A stretch of DNA of 64,000 nt from Spirochaetia bacterium (GCA_963677925.2 CAXXYH010000004.1:2336001-2400000); one strand, 5' to 3'; counted from the stretch's first letter, positions 1 through 10,794 are shown. A program made the numbers and translations. Notes: generated from the letters alone by a model not told the origin.

Positions 1-2
1 AT

Positions 3-1799
3 AACGTAACCAATGCCTCAGTCGAAGGCTATTCACGGCAGAGAGTAGAGATGGGTGCTGTTGATCCCCTTTATGTTCCAGGACTCAACAGAGAAAATAC
101 CCCCGGACAGATAGGACAGGGTGTTGAAGTTACAAGAATTGAAAGAATACGGGATATGCTTCTTGAAAACAGAATAGTCGGGCAGGGAAGTGATGTCGGC
201 TGGTGGGAAACCCGTGATAAATATATCCTGATGGTTGAACAGGTATACAATGAGCCGACAGAGTCTTCTCTTAGAACCAGAATGGATAAGTTCTGGGAAT
301 CATGGCAGGAACTCTCCCTGCACCCTGATGAACTTGCCTCACGTCAGGCAGTGCTTGAACGTGGTGAAGCTCTGAATAATGGTATTAATACACGCTATGA
401 GTCACTTGCCGAGATACGTACAATGCTCAATGAAGATGTGCAGGTAACTGTAGATCGGGTTAATGCGATACTTGATAAAATCTCTGCTGTTAATGAACAG
501 ATTGTGAAAGTGGAAGCAATGGGAGATAACCCCAATGATTTATACGACCAGCGTGATCGCCTTGTTCGTGATATGTCATCAATAATCGATATTTCTACAG
601 ATGGGCGTGATCCTGATGAGTTTACTATTCACACCGGCGGACTGCATCTTATGCAGGGCAAGCTCAAACATACACTTGATGCAGTTGCCAATCCTCAGAA
701 TGACGGATACCTTGATGTTGTATGGGCCGATAACGGAGAGAGAGCTTACTTTTCTTCCGGAAGCCTTCCTGCTCTCATTGAGCTTCGTGACGGAGATGTA
801 CGTTCTGAAATACAGAATCTTGATATGATGGCAGTTAACTTCGTTGATCTTGTAAATGAGATTCACAGCAACGCCTGGGGGCAGAATGGAAAAACAGGTA
901 CCGATTTTTTCAAGGAATATCCTTTTATAAATAATGTCGCCGGAAATTATGACAGGAACGGCGACGGCGCCTATGATTCAAGCTGGATCTTCAGAATGAA
1001 CGGCGCAAACAGCCTTGAAGCTCAGGAGCAGATAGGCATAAGAGGTACAATTACACTGAGTGCCTCGGAAGGAAATAAAACTGTCGATTACTTTCCTACA
1101 GACAGTGTGCAGGATGTTATAGATCGTATTAATTATTCAGGAAGTGAGGTAACAGCCGGATTAAATATGTTCAACCAGCTTACTCTCAAGGGAACTCCGG
1201 CTGATGCAATAGAGAATCCCGACTTTGTTATCCGGTATGTTGAAGATTCCGGTAACTTCCTGACAGGATACGCCGGAATACTAGCAGGTTCAGGTCCGGA
1301 AGGTGCGTACAGCTGGGAAACAGCAGATGCAGTGAATCAGCTTAGAACTGGTGAAGCAGGATACGCCGTAGCTCCGCTCTCTCACCCCTCAGGCTACATG
1401 GAACTCACCAATGCGGTTAAAAATGATCCTGGTTCAATTGCCGCCGGATTCGGAGAGAATGGAAGAGCAGCAATGCCCGGCGACGGTACTGCAGCTCTGG
1501 CGATAGCATCGCTGCGCAACAGTTCGGTGATGATTGGTGATGTTCCCGGATTTGATGAATACTTCTCCGCCACTGTAGCTGATATCGGGCTCAGAGGTGA
1601 AACCGCCGAGCGTTCACTTGAAACAGAAGAGATAATTATGAAAGAGCTTTCAGATATGCAGGAATCAATATCAGGTGTAAATATGGATGAGGAGCTTGCC
1701 GAGATGATTAAATTTCAGCATGGTTATTCCGCTGCTGCGAAGGTAGTTAACACCTTTGATGAAATGCTCGACACAATAATCAACAGGATGGGGGTATAA
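3..1799 (+). CDS. flgK: Flagellar hook-associated protein FlgK (5'-truncated by window edge)
   Basis: The frame is open from nt 3 (NVTNASVEGYSRQRV, the FlgK N-terminal motif). C-terminus SGVNMDEELAEMIKFQHGYSAAAK. Followed by flgL. Confidence 0.95.
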   Translation, partial: NVTNASVEGYSRQRVEMGAVDPLYVPGLNRENTPGQIGQGVEVTRIERIRDMLLENRIVGQGSDVGWWETRDKYILMVEQVYNEPTESSLRTRMDKFWESWQELSLHPDELASRQAVLERGEALNNGINTRYESLAEIRTMLNEDVQVTVDRVNAILDKISAVNEQIVKVEAMGDNPNDLYDQRDRLVRDMSSIIDISTDGRDPDEFTIHTGGLHLMQGKLKHTLDAVANPQNDGYLDVVWADNGERAYFSSGSLPALIELRDGDVRSEIQNLDMMAVNFVDLVNEIHSNAWGQNGKTGTDFFKEYPFINNVAGNYDRNGDGAYDSSWIFRMNGANSLEAQEQIGIRGTITLSASEGNKTVDYFPTDSVQDVIDRINYSGSEVTAGLNMFNQLTLKGTPADAIENPDFVIRYVEDSGNFLTGYAGILAGSGPEGAYSWETADAVNQLRTGEAGYAVAPLSHPSGYMELTNAVKNDPGSIAAGFGENGRAAMPGDGTAALAIASLRNSSVMIGDVPGFDEYFSATVADIGLRGETAERSLETEEIIMKELSDMQESISGVNMDEELAEMIKFQHGYSAAAKVVNTFDEMLDTIINRMGV

Positions 1800-1804
1800 A
1801 CTGA

Positions 1805-3052
1805 ATGAAAAGAATCAGTACCTACATGCCGAATGACGATATGCAGTACCGTATGCGGCTACAGGAATGGAAGATGGGAGATCTTCAGTCTAAGATCGCA
1901 GAGCAGACACGGGTGAAGGAACTACGTGATGATCCTATTGCTGCAGCTCATTCCACACGGTATCAGTCCAAAATATCACGGTTAACAAGATTTACAGAAA
2001 ATATTGAAACAGTGCAGAGTGATCACCGGATTGCGGAAGGCTACATCACCAGTGCAAATAATATCCTGCTTAGAATTCGCGAACTGGCTGTACAGGGCGC
2101 AAACGATACATATTCAAAAGAAGATAAGTCCTATATGGCTGAGGAAGTTGACCAGCTGCTTAATGAACTTGTTGAAATATCAAATGCTACAAACGGGAAC
2201 GGTCAGACTATTTTTGCAGGTGATAAAAATAAGGGGCTTGCATTTAGGGCGGATTCCGGCAATGTTCCAGGTGCTTCAGGTACAAGAATTACCTCCGTTG
2301 AATATACTGGAACTGTTAACAAGCAGGCTGCTGAAATTTCAGATCATAATCTTATTAATGTAGATTTTCCCGGCAACAGGGTATTCTGGGCCGAACAGCA
2401 GCAGATATTTTCTTCTGTGAATGCTTCCGAATACAGGGCTCTTGAAGACTCATCAATTCTTATTGATGGAGAAAAAATCGATATAAAATCAGGTGATAAT
2501 ATTCATGCTGTTATTTCCAGAATAAACAAGGCCGATATTGCAGTAAAAGCTTCTTTAGACCCTGTTACAAGTTCAGTTATCCTAAAGTCTACTATGCCTC
2601 ATCAGATATGGCTTGAAGACGGTGGTGATGGAACTGCTCTAAAAGATCTTGGAGTAATTTCCGCCTCAGCGGGCGGCCCTCCAGCCAACATCCATCGCGA
2701 TGCCCGTGTTTCCGGCGGTTCATTATTTGATATGGTCATAAGTCTGCGCGACAATCTGTATGCAGGAAATACTATTGATATCGGCGGAAAAGCTCTAAAA
2801 GGCCTTGATCTTGCTCATAACAACATGTTATCCGAACTTGCACGCCTTGGTGCTGAGGATGAACGAATGCAGGTAGTGAATGAACGTCTTTCTTATGAAA
2901 TACCGAATATTCAGCAGATGGATTCCAATGCTGTAGATCTTGATTTTGCCGAGGCAATAACTGAACTTAAAATGATGGAAAGGACTCAGCAGGCTACACT
3001 GCAGACTGCTGCTAAAATATTAAAACCAACACTGCTGGATTATTTGAGGTAA
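1805..3052 (+). CDS. flgL: Flagellar hook-associated protein 3 FlgL
   Basis: Flagellin-like N-terminus (DDPIAAAH, RIRELAVQGANDT) and C-terminus (DLDFAEAITEL...PTLLDYLR). Located after flgK. Confidence 0.95.
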   Translation: MKRISTYMPNDDMQYRMRLQEWKMGDLQSKIAEQTRVKELRDDPIAAAHSTRYQSKISRLTRFTENIETVQSDHRIAEGYITSANNILLRIRELAVQGANDTYSKEDKSYMAEEVDQLLNELVEISNATNGNGQTIFAGDKNKGLAFRADSGNVPGASGTRITSVEYTGTVNKQAAEISDHNLINVDFPGNRVFWAEQQQIFSSVNASEYRALEDSSILIDGEKIDIKSGDNIHAVISRINKADIAVKASLDPVTSSVILKSTMPHQIWLEDGGDGTALKDLGVISASAGGPPANIHRDARVSGGSLFDMVISLRDNLYAGNTIDIGGKALKGLDLAHNNMLSELARLGAEDERMQVVNERLSYEIPNIQQMDSNAVDLDFAEAITELKMMERTQQATLQTAAKILKPTLLDYLR

Positions 3053-3513
3053 TGATGTTAACAGTAAATACAAAGGCTTATGGAACGATTGAAGTTGATG
3101 AGCGCCAGAAGATAACTTTTTCAAACGGACTTTTCGGTTTTGAGAACCTTCATGAATTTGTCCTTCTTGATGCTCAGCAGCAGCCTTTTTACTGGCTGCA
3201 GTCACTTGAAGTTAAGGAAACAGCCTTTGTAATGATAAATCCGGGAGTTTTCAGAACAGATTACCATCCGGAAATAATTTCAGCCGATATGGTTGATCTT
3301 CAGCTTGAGAATCTTAAAGATCCTTCCGCGCTAATTTTTGCAATTGTAACCATCCCTGAAAACCAGCAGAAGATGTCTGCCAATCTGCAGGGCCCTGTTA
3401 TCATTAACAAGGAAAAGAAAATAGGTAAGCAGAGCATAACCATTGACTCCTGTTGGAAAACGAAGCATTACATTCTTGAAGAACTGGCAGGTTCAAGAGG
3501 TAAGGCATGCTGA
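3052..3513 (+). CDS. fliW: Flagellar assembly factor FliW (CsrA antagonist)
   Basis: GLFGFE, FYWLQS and [11 protein letters not shown] motifs; directly upstream of csrA. Confidence 0.95.
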   Translation: MMLTVNTKAYGTIEVDERQKITFSNGLFGFENLHEFVLLDAQQQPFYWLQSLEVKETAFVMINPGVFRTDYHPEIISADMVDLQLENLKDPSALIFAIVTIPENQQKMSANLQGPVIINKEKKIGKQSITIDSCWKTKHYILEELAGSRGKAC

Positions 3514-3740
3514 TACTTACCAGAAAAATAAATGAAAGCATTACTATAGGTGACAATATAGAAATTTCAGTAGTAGAGATTAAAGGAGATCAGGTTAAAA
3601 TCGGAATTAATGCACCGAAAGAAATAAAAGTTTTCAGAAAAGAAGTTTATGTGGCTATACAGAAAGAGAATGAGGAAGCTGCGGCAAGCAGTGCTCTGGT
3701 ACTTCCCGAAATTACAGATCTGATTCGTGATAAGGAATAA
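3507..3740 (+). CDS. csrA: Carbon storage regulator CsrA
   Basis: [16 protein letters not shown]...[17 protein letters not shown]. Confidence 0.97.
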   Translation: MLILTRKINESITIGDNIEISVVEIKGDQVKIGINAPKEIKVFRKEVYVAIQKENEEAAASSALVLPEITDLIRDKE

Positions 3741-3745
3741 GTAAA

Positions 3746-4789
3746 TTATAGATCTTCAAAAACTTCAAGTGTTTCAAGATCTTCATCTTTTACCTGAGGA
3801 AGATCATCGGCAAGAGCCTGATATATATCGTTAATAGCATCTGAAATATCAAGAAAGACATCAATCAGCCCGGGGTCAAAATGAGTTCCTGCTTCAGACT
3901 TTAAAATATCAACGGTTTTGTCGTGAGGAATAGCATCCTTATAGCTTCTTTTCATTCTTATTGCATCATAGCAGTCGGCAATAGCTGTAATTCTTGCTGA
4001 TAAAGGAATCAGGTTTTCTGCAAGTCCGAACATATATCCTGAACCGTCCCACCATTCATGATGGGAACGCGCAATTTCTCTTGCCATTTCATCAGGATAA
4101 TTGGCCATAATCATTGCACCGTTTATGGTGTGTTCCTTCATAATTATCCATTCATCATCAGTAAGAGATCCTTTTTTGCCTAATATATGATCAGGAGTGC
4201 CTATTTTTCCTACATCATGCATCGGTGCAAGGAAATGAATGTTTTCAATATAATCCTGATTAATCATATCATATCCGGCTTTTCGATGAAGTTCTTCTGC
4301 AATTCTTTTAGAATAGGCGCCGACTCTTTTGATGTGATTCCCGGTGTCATTATCCTTAAGCTTTGAAGCTTCAAGAAGTCCAAGGTAAGTTTTCCGAAGA
4401 AGAGATTTATTCTCATCTGTAATGTCGTCAAGAATCCCAAGCAGATTAGATAGTTCAGCATTTCCATGGTCAGTAGAGAAGGGCATTAAAAGCATATTTG
4501 CTGTAATTTTGGTGGTATTACGTGTAAGCATGCTTACTTTGATTTTAGCAGAATACCCGTTTGATTTATTGAGGAGGATACGTGAAACCGTATCAAATGC
4601 TGATTCAATTTCAAGCGGGTAAAAATCTTCAGGCAGATAGTGTTCCCTGAAAATTCTGTTAGACCATAAAATTTCGAGTCCTGGAGACAGAAATATTACC
4701 GGGAATGAAACATTTTCGTAAATATTAGTATAATTATGAAGATTTTCAGTTAATTCAATGTAAATTTCAGAACCTGCATAATCACCCAT
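3746..4789 (-). CDS. HD-GYP domain phosphodiesterase with PAS-like N-terminus
   Basis: TGNHIKRV, MHDVGKIG, HHEWWDGSGYM, IADCYDA and GTHFDP motifs. Confidence 0.9.
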   Translation of the reverse strand: MGDYAGSEIYIELTENLHNYTNIYENVSFPVIFLSPGLEILWSNRIFREHYLPEDFYPLEIESAFDTVSRILLNKSNGYSAKIKVSMLTRNTTKITANMLLMPFSTDHGNAELSNLLGILDDITDENKSLLRKTYLGLLEASKLKDNDTGNHIKRVGAYSKRIAEELHRKAGYDMINQDYIENIHFLAPMHDVGKIGTPDHILGKKGSLTDDEWIIMKEHTINGAMIMANYPDEMAREIARSHHEWWDGSGYMFGLAENLIPLSARITAIADCYDAIRMKRSYKDAIPHDKTVDILKSEAGTHFDPGLIDVFLDISDAINDIYQALADDLPQVKDEDLETLEVFEDL

Positions 4790-4803
4790 CTGTTTTCTCC
4801 GAA

Positions 4804-5481
4804 TCAGGATTTGCTTAATATTTCAGCATCACTTAATCTGATATACATTGGTCCAACATTTTCAGCTTCTGCGCCGTATTCATTAAATTTTCTGATTCCG
4901 CATTCAATCATAGCTGAGGAAATTCCGGGTTCATAATCCAAATCAAACATTAATCCATCATCCGGAGTTTTATATTTTTCTGAAATACGTCCATGAAAAA
5001 TCCCGGCTCCGGGACCGCAGAAAAGTATATTCTCATTTATACTGCATATCTTAAGTATGCTCTCAGCATCCTTATCGTAGTATTCCGATGTTTTTACAGA
5101 ATTACGAAATAATGCAGTGTAAAAATTCGATTTTCTGGCATCAATCAGAGGAACCGTTATGCCATTAAAATATCTGTGCCTGTAAGCAATTGCATCAAGT
5201 AATGATACTGCTACAAAAGGAACTTTTCCGCCGGCCGCAAGACCCTTCGCTGTTGACATCCCTATTCTAAGTCCGGTAAATGAGCCGGGACCAAGAGAAC
5301 AAACCATAAGATCAAGATCTGAAAATTTAAGTTCAGCATCTGTCAGTAAGGTCTGAATATCAGTTGTGAGGTTTTCTGAATGTTTAAGACTGTTACTGCG
5401 GTTTATTTCTGAAAAAGTTTTATCTGTTTTGAGGCCTACAGATAAATTTTCTGTTGATGTATCAAATGCAAGTATATTCAT
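4804..5481 (-). CDS. tsaB: tRNA threonylcarbamoyladenosine biosynthesis protein TsaB
   Basis: [20 protein letters not shown] and DARK motifs. Confidence 0.95.
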   Translation of the reverse strand: MNILAFDTSTENLSVGLKTDKTFSEINRSNSLKHSENLTTDIQTLLTDAELKFSDLDLMVCSLGPGSFTGLRIGMSTAKGLAAGGKVPFVAVSLLDAIAYRHRYFNGITVPLIDARKSNFYTALFRNSVKTSEYYDKDAESILKICSINENILFCGPGAGIFHGRISEKYKTPDDGLMFDLDYEPGISSAMIECGIRKFNEYGAEAENVGPMYIRLSDAEILSKS

Positions 5482-5903
5482 AATTCAAAACCTGTTAACT
5501 CCACAATACGTTCGCCGCCGGATTTAATTTCAATCACAATTCTGATGATATCTTCCGGAAGTAGATCTCCGGCTTTTTCACTCCATTCAATTATAGATAA
5601 TCCGTTTCCATAAAGCAATTCATCGGCTCCGAGCAGATAAAATTCTTCAAGATTATCCAGACGATAGAGATCCATATGATATAACGGAATTCTGCCGTCA
5701 TGATATTCGTTAATAATCGTGAAACTCGGGCTGGTAACTGTCTTTTTTATACCGAGACCTTCAGCTATACCCTTTGTGAGTGTAGTTTTTCCGGCGGCTA
5801 ATCCGCCGTCAAGTGCTATGATCATGCCTGGCGCTGTAACTGAGGATATTTTTTTTCCGAGGGATATCATATCATCCGCGGATGGTATCAGGAATTTATT
5901 CAG
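5478..5903 (-). CDS. tsaE: tRNA threonylcarbamoyladenosine biosynthesis ATPase TsaE
   Basis: GGLAAGKTT, VTSPSF, HMDLYRL and IIEWS motifs. The start is probably CTG at 5903 (AGGA 7 nt upstream) or ATG at 5870, not 6044. Confidence 0.93.
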   Translation of the reverse strand: MNKFLIPSADDMISLGKKISSVTAPGMIIALDGGLAAGKTTLTKGIAEGLGIKKTVTSPSFTIINEYHDGRIPLYHMDLYRLDNLEEFYLLGADELLYGNGLSIIEWSEKAGDLLPEDIIRIVIEIKSGGERIVELTGFEL

Positions 5904-6159
5904 AGAAAAATCCTTCTTTATGCTTGGAGAGAATATACTGTTCAAGCTCTTTTTTAAAACCCGATAAAGCAGCTTCCTCTGCATCTGTAAAATGTATGTA
6001 TACAGACAGCATTCCCAGTGCATTTTTCTCAAGAATAATCTCAATCTTACATTCGCTGGTATCTTTTATGTCTGAATATACAAGAACCCCATGGTATTCA
6101 TTGATATAATGAATTGGTGAATCTTTGCGTACTATATTTTTTAATTCAATGAAATTCAT
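5896..6159 (-). CDS. Small hypothetical protein
   Basis: 87-aa ORF with a GGAGGAAGGG RBS, coupled to tsaE. Confidence 0.7.
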   Translation of the reverse strand: MNFIELKNIVRKDSPIHYINEYHGVLVYSDIKDTSECKIEIILEKNALGMLSVYIHFTDAEEAALSGFKKELEQYILSKHKEGFFSE

Positions 6160-6195
6160 CCCTTCCTCCGCAGAATTCTATATATATTATAAAGA

Positions 6196-7323
6196 TCAAT
6201 AATCATAAATGAAAGAGTTTATACTGTTTAGGTTTTTTTGTGTAACCTTTGTAAACATAATATGCATAGTCCCACCAAGTGGAGACCCTTTTCTAAAGTT
6301 TATAACCTTTCCAAAGCACCAGATTGAAGAGCTGTCGCCTGTTTCAAACTGCAGTTTTATCAAACCGCCTTTTAATACCGGTTTTGTTGATTTAACAGCG
6401 CATCCGCCTGCAGAAACATCAATAAGAGTGCCGAGAGAGCCTCTGTCGGTTTCAACTATAGCTCTTTTTTTTGCCTTTTTTCCCACCCCAACGGGTATGA
6501 CTTTTACCGGGTAGAAATACGCAGGTCTGCTGAGTTCCTTTCGTCTGAACCTTCTCTGCTGGGCCTGTTTCACCTTCCCTGAGTGCTGTAGCAGTACACT
6601 GGGCATCCCCTTAATATTGCTGTATCCGGTGACTTTGGAATCGAAAGAGAATCCCTGGCCGTTCTTCTTCCAGAAAAACACTTTTACAGGAGTCCATTTC
6701 TTCCATTTTATCTCTGAACCAAAGGAATCAACGGGCAGGGTTGCACTTAGGTAATTCTTAAGATTGGCGTTAATTTTAGACTGATACCTTCCTCCGTTTT
6801 CAGGTGTTACTGCAATATGCTGACCGGTAGGTATGGCGCCTGTTGCGGAAAAGCTTTTACCTTTTCCGACATTCCTTTCGATAGCCTGTTTTATTCTGTA
6901 TACAGTAGTTTTTTGGGCTTCTTTTACCTGTTCTGAGGCTACCTGATGTTCAATTTCCTGAATTGCCTTTCTTAGAAGTGAATCCAGATGACTGGAGTGT
7001 GTAAATACCAGATTGGGATTTGATGGTTTATAGTTTTCAACTAAATTAACAAGAGTATTAGCCTGAACTTTCGATAAACCGAGACGCATCGCTCTTTTAT
7101 GAAATGTCCGCTTATTGAATTTCCGAGGAGCAGGTTTTCTGCCGCTTCCACTGCCATATGAGCTGCCGCTCCGGCTTGATGATGATGGTTTAATGCGGCT
7201 TGCCAGAACCATCGCTACAATGATAGCAACAAGTACAATGAGTATAGTCCAGCTTTCACCAGGATCTCCCTTCTGAATGGATGGCAGAATTTTCTGTAAT
7301 AAAGGTAAATTTACCATCATCAT
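6196..7323 (-). CDS. Membrane-anchored PilZ-domain (YcgR/flagellar-brake-like) c-di-GMP receptor
   Basis: N-terminal TM helix (WTILIVLVAIIVAMVLA); QRRRFRR (RxxxR) and DVSAGG (DxSxxG) PilZ motifs. Confidence 0.8.
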   Translation of the reverse strand: MMMVNLPLLQKILPSIQKGDPGESWTILIVLVAIIVAMVLASRIKPSSSSRSGSSYGSGSGRKPAPRKFNKRTFHKRAMRLGLSKVQANTLVNLVENYKPSNPNLVFTHSSHLDSLLRKAIQEIEHQVASEQVKEAQKTTVYRIKQAIERNVGKGKSFSATGAIPTGQHIAVTPENGGRYQSKINANLKNYLSATLPVDSFGSEIKWKKWTPVKVFFWKKNGQGFSFDSKVTGYSNIKGMPSVLLQHSGKVKQAQQRRFRRKELSRPAYFYPVKVIPVGVGKKAKKRAIVETDRGSLGTLIDVSAGGCAVKSTKPVLKGGLIKLQFETGDSSSIWCFGKVINFRKGSPLGGTMHIMFTKVTQKNLNSINSFIYDY

Positions 7324-8232
7324 TTACTCCTTTTTAATATTCTGTTCCAGAACGTCAAGAAGACTCGAAACTCTGGGGGAAATTTCATACTCGAGGAGGT
7401 CTCCGACAAGGACACTGTCTCCAACCGAGAATGCTTCTGTGAATTCATTAAGAATTTCATTTAATGAAGTAAAATATTCACGAATTGTCATTTCATCAAT
7501 AACCGCATTGCTGAAATCAAGAACACCTGTGTTTTCAAGTATTGTATAGATTCTCAATAGTTTCTGGGTGAGCTCTGTAAATCTTATAATGCTGTTAAGC
7601 GCCTCTCTGTCTTTCCCTGTCTGCAGAAGAATAGATATATTATTTATATCCTCCAGTGATAAGCGCAGCACTTTAATTACTGCAGAAAGTTCATTTAAAG
7701 AGTCAGTCAGTTCTCTGATTCTATCATTTAAAATGATTAATACAGTTTTAATTCTTCCGAGTATGAAATCTGAGATCTCAGATTTATCAGGACTATCGGG
7801 GCTGAATAATTTCATTGCGGTGAACAGATCTGGATGCTTATCGTCTATCAGCTCATCCTGGATTCCTCCAAGAATTTCAATATACAGTTTCTCCGGCATT
7901 TCTGATTCCGTCTGGAGATCCTGGAGAAGGGGATAGTTCCCTGCGATCATAGCCTTCTCAAAAAGACTGAAATACTGATGCAGCAGCTGAATGTTTATCA
8001 GCAGAAGTTCAATCTGGCTTTTAACTTCAATATTTATATTTTCAACCTGATCAACCGGCTTGTTTTTGCATGAATCATCATTAAAATCATATGAATAACC
8101 GTCATAACTTACAGAAGTAATGTGATAGCTCTCAGCTGATGCCCAATCTGATAGCGCATTGACTACTTCGGAAAGTACCTTTTCAGATTCAAGCTGGAAA
8201 TCAATTTTATCTTTGTTAATGTATATATTCAT
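7324..8232 (-). CDS. Hypothetical protein downstream of fliD
   Basis: 302-aa ORF with a GGAGG RBS. The C-terminal GDSVLVGDLLEYEI resembles flagellar-locus hypothetical proteins. Confidence 0.75.
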   Translation of the reverse strand: MNIYINKDKIDFQLESEKVLSEVVNALSDWASAESYHITSVSYDGYSYDFNDDSCKNKPVDQVENINIEVKSQIELLLINIQLLHQYFSLFEKAMIAGNYPLLQDLQTESEMPEKLYIEILGGIQDELIDDKHPDLFTAMKLFSPDSPDKSEISDFILGRIKTVLIILNDRIRELTDSLNELSAVIKVLRLSLEDINNISILLQTGKDREALNSIIRFTELTQKLLRIYTILENTGVLDFSNAVIDEMTIREYFTSLNEILNEFTEAFSVGDSVLVGDLLEYEISPRVSSLLDVLEQNIKKE

Positions 8233-8254
8233 GCTCTAAGCCGTCCTCCGCCTG

Positions 8255-10252
8255 TCAGTTGTTATTATTGTTCAGATTATTCAGTGCATTAGAACTCTGC
8301 TGCATTGAATTGATATTGCCTTCCATGATTGCATACTTATTCTTAAGCTCAGCTTCCTTATCTTCCAGTTTCAGTTCATACGAAGCAATATCCCGTTCTG
8401 TTCTTGTTATTCTTGAATCAAGACTTGATATCCTGTAAGCAACAATGCCGCCGGTTCCCGTATATGGTTTCGTATATTCCTGGGTTTTGTATGCAGCTCC
8501 GTTATCTACAACAAGGTCTCCATCACTGTCTATTCCAAAAAGTTCTTTAACAGCGACAAGATTTTCCGTTAACGCACTGTCAAGCTCATTTTCATTAATC
8601 TCTATGTACCCGCGGAGTTTTGAATTATTAATTCCGCCTCCGAAACCTGTAGAGTTGGTTGAAATGCCTATTTGCGAAAGCAGTTTAAGATTGTCTCCGG
8701 CAGACGTGTTATAAGGTTCCATCATGATATACTGAAGGCGTGATTTCATCTGATTAAGGGTTGAATCTCCCTGAAATAGACCAAGCCTCTCTCTTGCTGT
8801 CTTTCTTTCCTCATCAGTAAAATAATCAATTTCTGAGATCAGTCCGCCGTCATTGGAAACAAGAATCCCCAGTTCCGCCTGTAATCTGTTATAATTCCCG
8901 ACAAATTCAATAATTGTGTCTTTTATCAGCTCTCTGTCAGGTTTTATATCCAGTTTTACGGCTTTTTCACTCTCGCCATTAATATTCAGGGTAACTCCGG
9001 GAATAAGGTCATCTATTGTATTGGATGTGCGTCTTACTTCAATACCGTCAATTTTTATTTTTGCATCCGATGCTGTGGAAACCGGACGGGAAGGTTCCCA
9101 TTCTCCACGTGCATCCGGATCATAAATTTTAATATCAGAAATGGATATTTCTCTGAATGTGTTATTGTTGACAAATTTGATTGCCTCGGCAGAACCTGCT
9201 GCATCCCTAAGGTTTATTGTAATCGTCTGTTCCTCAGATGTTTTTCTGAATCCAGGCAGTATTGTTTCTTTCCCGTTTGACATGAGGCTGAATACTTCAA
9301 AATCATCAATTACTTCAGGCGGTTCCGGTTCCTGATACTGAGGCATTTCAACTGTCGAATTACTGTTGCTGATTGTGATACCCTTAAATGAAATACTGCC
9401 GGGAGTAAGCTCTTCAGGGCCCGGTGGCGGGGTAGGGGGCGTCCACTCACCCTGTTCCATCTCATTTACAGTGAAAGTAATTTCAAGAACCATTTTACCA
9501 TTATCTTTTACAGCAGGATTTACAGGTATGATGCCCTGAGCTCCCGGTTGCAGAACGAGATTATTTTTATCATCAAGTTTAACTAAAGTACCTGCTTCTT
9601 CCGGAGTAAGAGCAATATTACGCATAGAACTGTCTGATCTTTTTAAAATACCCGCAGATACTGCAAAATCAAGAGCTGTCCCTTCGTTGAATATAAGCCT
9701 GTTCTCAAGCCCTTCTTTTGTTGACTCTATTAAAATAACGCTTGTATCAGGTGTATCTTTAATAACCTGTGCGTGAAGTAAATCTTTACCCCTGCTGTTT
9801 ATTCTGTCAGCCAGTCTTGATAGAGACCCGCCCCGGAAATTAAATGAAATCTCCTCTTCGCCTATTGTAAAGGAATAAGTCCCATCAGGGGCGTCAAAAT
9901 CTTTATCCATTGAGTCAGATAAAAACCTGTCTGCAGCAGCCATATTTATAATTTTAATGGTTTTCTGTTCTTCTATTGCATCTCTGCCTACAGTTGCTGT
10001 AAGCACATCCTCATCGGAAGATTCTGCTATGCGTTCACTAAACGGGTTTTCAAAACCGTAGAGTTTCTTTGCCGCGTCTTCAACTTTTGAAATATTTCGA
10101 GAGATATCCTGCCATACTGTCTTTTCATTTTCATACTTATCAAGCTCATCCTGCTTTCTTTCAAGGGGAATTCTTTCGAGCTCCATGAGTTTGGAGACAA
10201 TATTGTCGGTATTATAACTGCTTGTAACACCCGGTATAGTTACATCGGACAT
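8255..10252 (-). CDS. fliD: Flagellar filament cap protein FliD
   Basis: N-terminus IPGVTSSYNTDNIVSKLMELE; internal RTSNTIDDLIPGVTLN; C-terminal coiled coil; follows flaG. Confidence 0.95.
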   Translation of the reverse strand: MSDVTIPGVTSSYNTDNIVSKLMELERIPLERKQDELDKYENEKTVWQDISRNISKVEDAAKKLYGFENPFSERIAESSDEDVLTATVGRDAIEEQKTIKIINMAAADRFLSDSMDKDFDAPDGTYSFTIGEEEISFNFRGGSLSRLADRINSRGKDLLHAQVIKDTPDTSVILIESTKEGLENRLIFNEGTALDFAVSAGILKRSDSSMRNIALTPEEAGTLVKLDDKNNLVLQPGAQGIIPVNPAVKDNGKMVLEITFTVNEMEQGEWTPPTPPPGPEELTPGSISFKGITISNSNSTVEMPQYQEPEPPEVIDDFEVFSLMSNGKETILPGFRKTSEEQTITINLRDAAGSAEAIKFVNNNTFREISISDIKIYDPDARGEWEPSRPVSTASDAKIKIDGIEVRRTSNTIDDLIPGVTLNINGESEKAVKLDIKPDRELIKDTIIEFVGNYNRLQAELGILVSNDGGLISEIDYFTDEERKTARERLGLFQGDSTLNQMKSRLQYIMMEPYNTSAGDNLKLLSQIGISTNSTGFGGGINNSKLRGYIEINENELDSALTENLVAVKELFGIDSDGDLVVDNGAAYKTQEYTKPYTGTGGIVAYRISSLDSRITRTERDIASYELKLEDKEAELKNKYAIMEGNINSMQQSSNALNNLNNNNN

Positions 10253-10285
10253 CTGTTATCAATTCTACCCGTCCCGGGGCCGAAC

Positions 10286-10702
10286 TTAGATAGTCTGGTC
10301 GATTATCAGCCCCATAGCTTCTTTCATTTTGGCATACAGCCTTTTAAGCTCTTCAGGAGGGATCTCCTTGATTACTTTATCGGTTTCTGCGTCAACGACC
10401 TTTACGATAACCTGGTCTAATTCCTTGTCTATACTGAATTTGAGTCGTCTGTTAAATACTTCGGTGATATCTATGATGTCGCGCAGATATTTCTCTGCAT
10501 CTATCTTTTCGCGTTGTTTTTCTGCATTCTGTACTTCCGCTTCAAGCTGTTTTACAGCTGTCTGTCGTGCTTCTTCCTGCTGCTTTACGGCCTGTTCCGT
10601 CCGTATTTTCACTTTGCTGCTTTCAATTTTCTGAGAGGAAGTGTCTACTCTGCGGTTCATAGTAAAAGCACCTGAATTCAGGGCCTGTATGTCCATTTCC
10701 AT
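10286..10702 (-). CDS. flaG: Flagellar protein FlaG
   Basis: LKFSIDKELDQVIVKVVDAETDKVIKEIPPEE. Confidence 0.93.
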   Translation of the reverse strand: MEMDIQALNSGAFTMNRRVDTSSQKIESSKVKIRTEQAVKQQEEARQTAVKQLEAEVQNAEKQREKIDAEKYLRDIIDITEVFNRRLKFSIDKELDQVIVKVVDAETDKVIKEIPPEELKRLYAKMKEAMGLIIDQTI

Positions 10703-10720
10703 AACACCACTCCTTGGTTG

Positions 10721-10771
10721 ATAATCGAAATGCAGGCATTTCGATTATTTGAATTACCGGTCGGTAATTCA
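10721..10771. repeat. Two adjacent perfect inverted repeats upstream of the flaG RBS
   Basis: ATAATCGAAATGC-AG-GCATTTCGATTAT (10721-10748) and TGAATTACCG-GT-CGGTAATTCA (10750-10771). Confidence 0.85.
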
Positions 10772-10794
10772 CAGCCACCTATCAAAGCTGTTGG

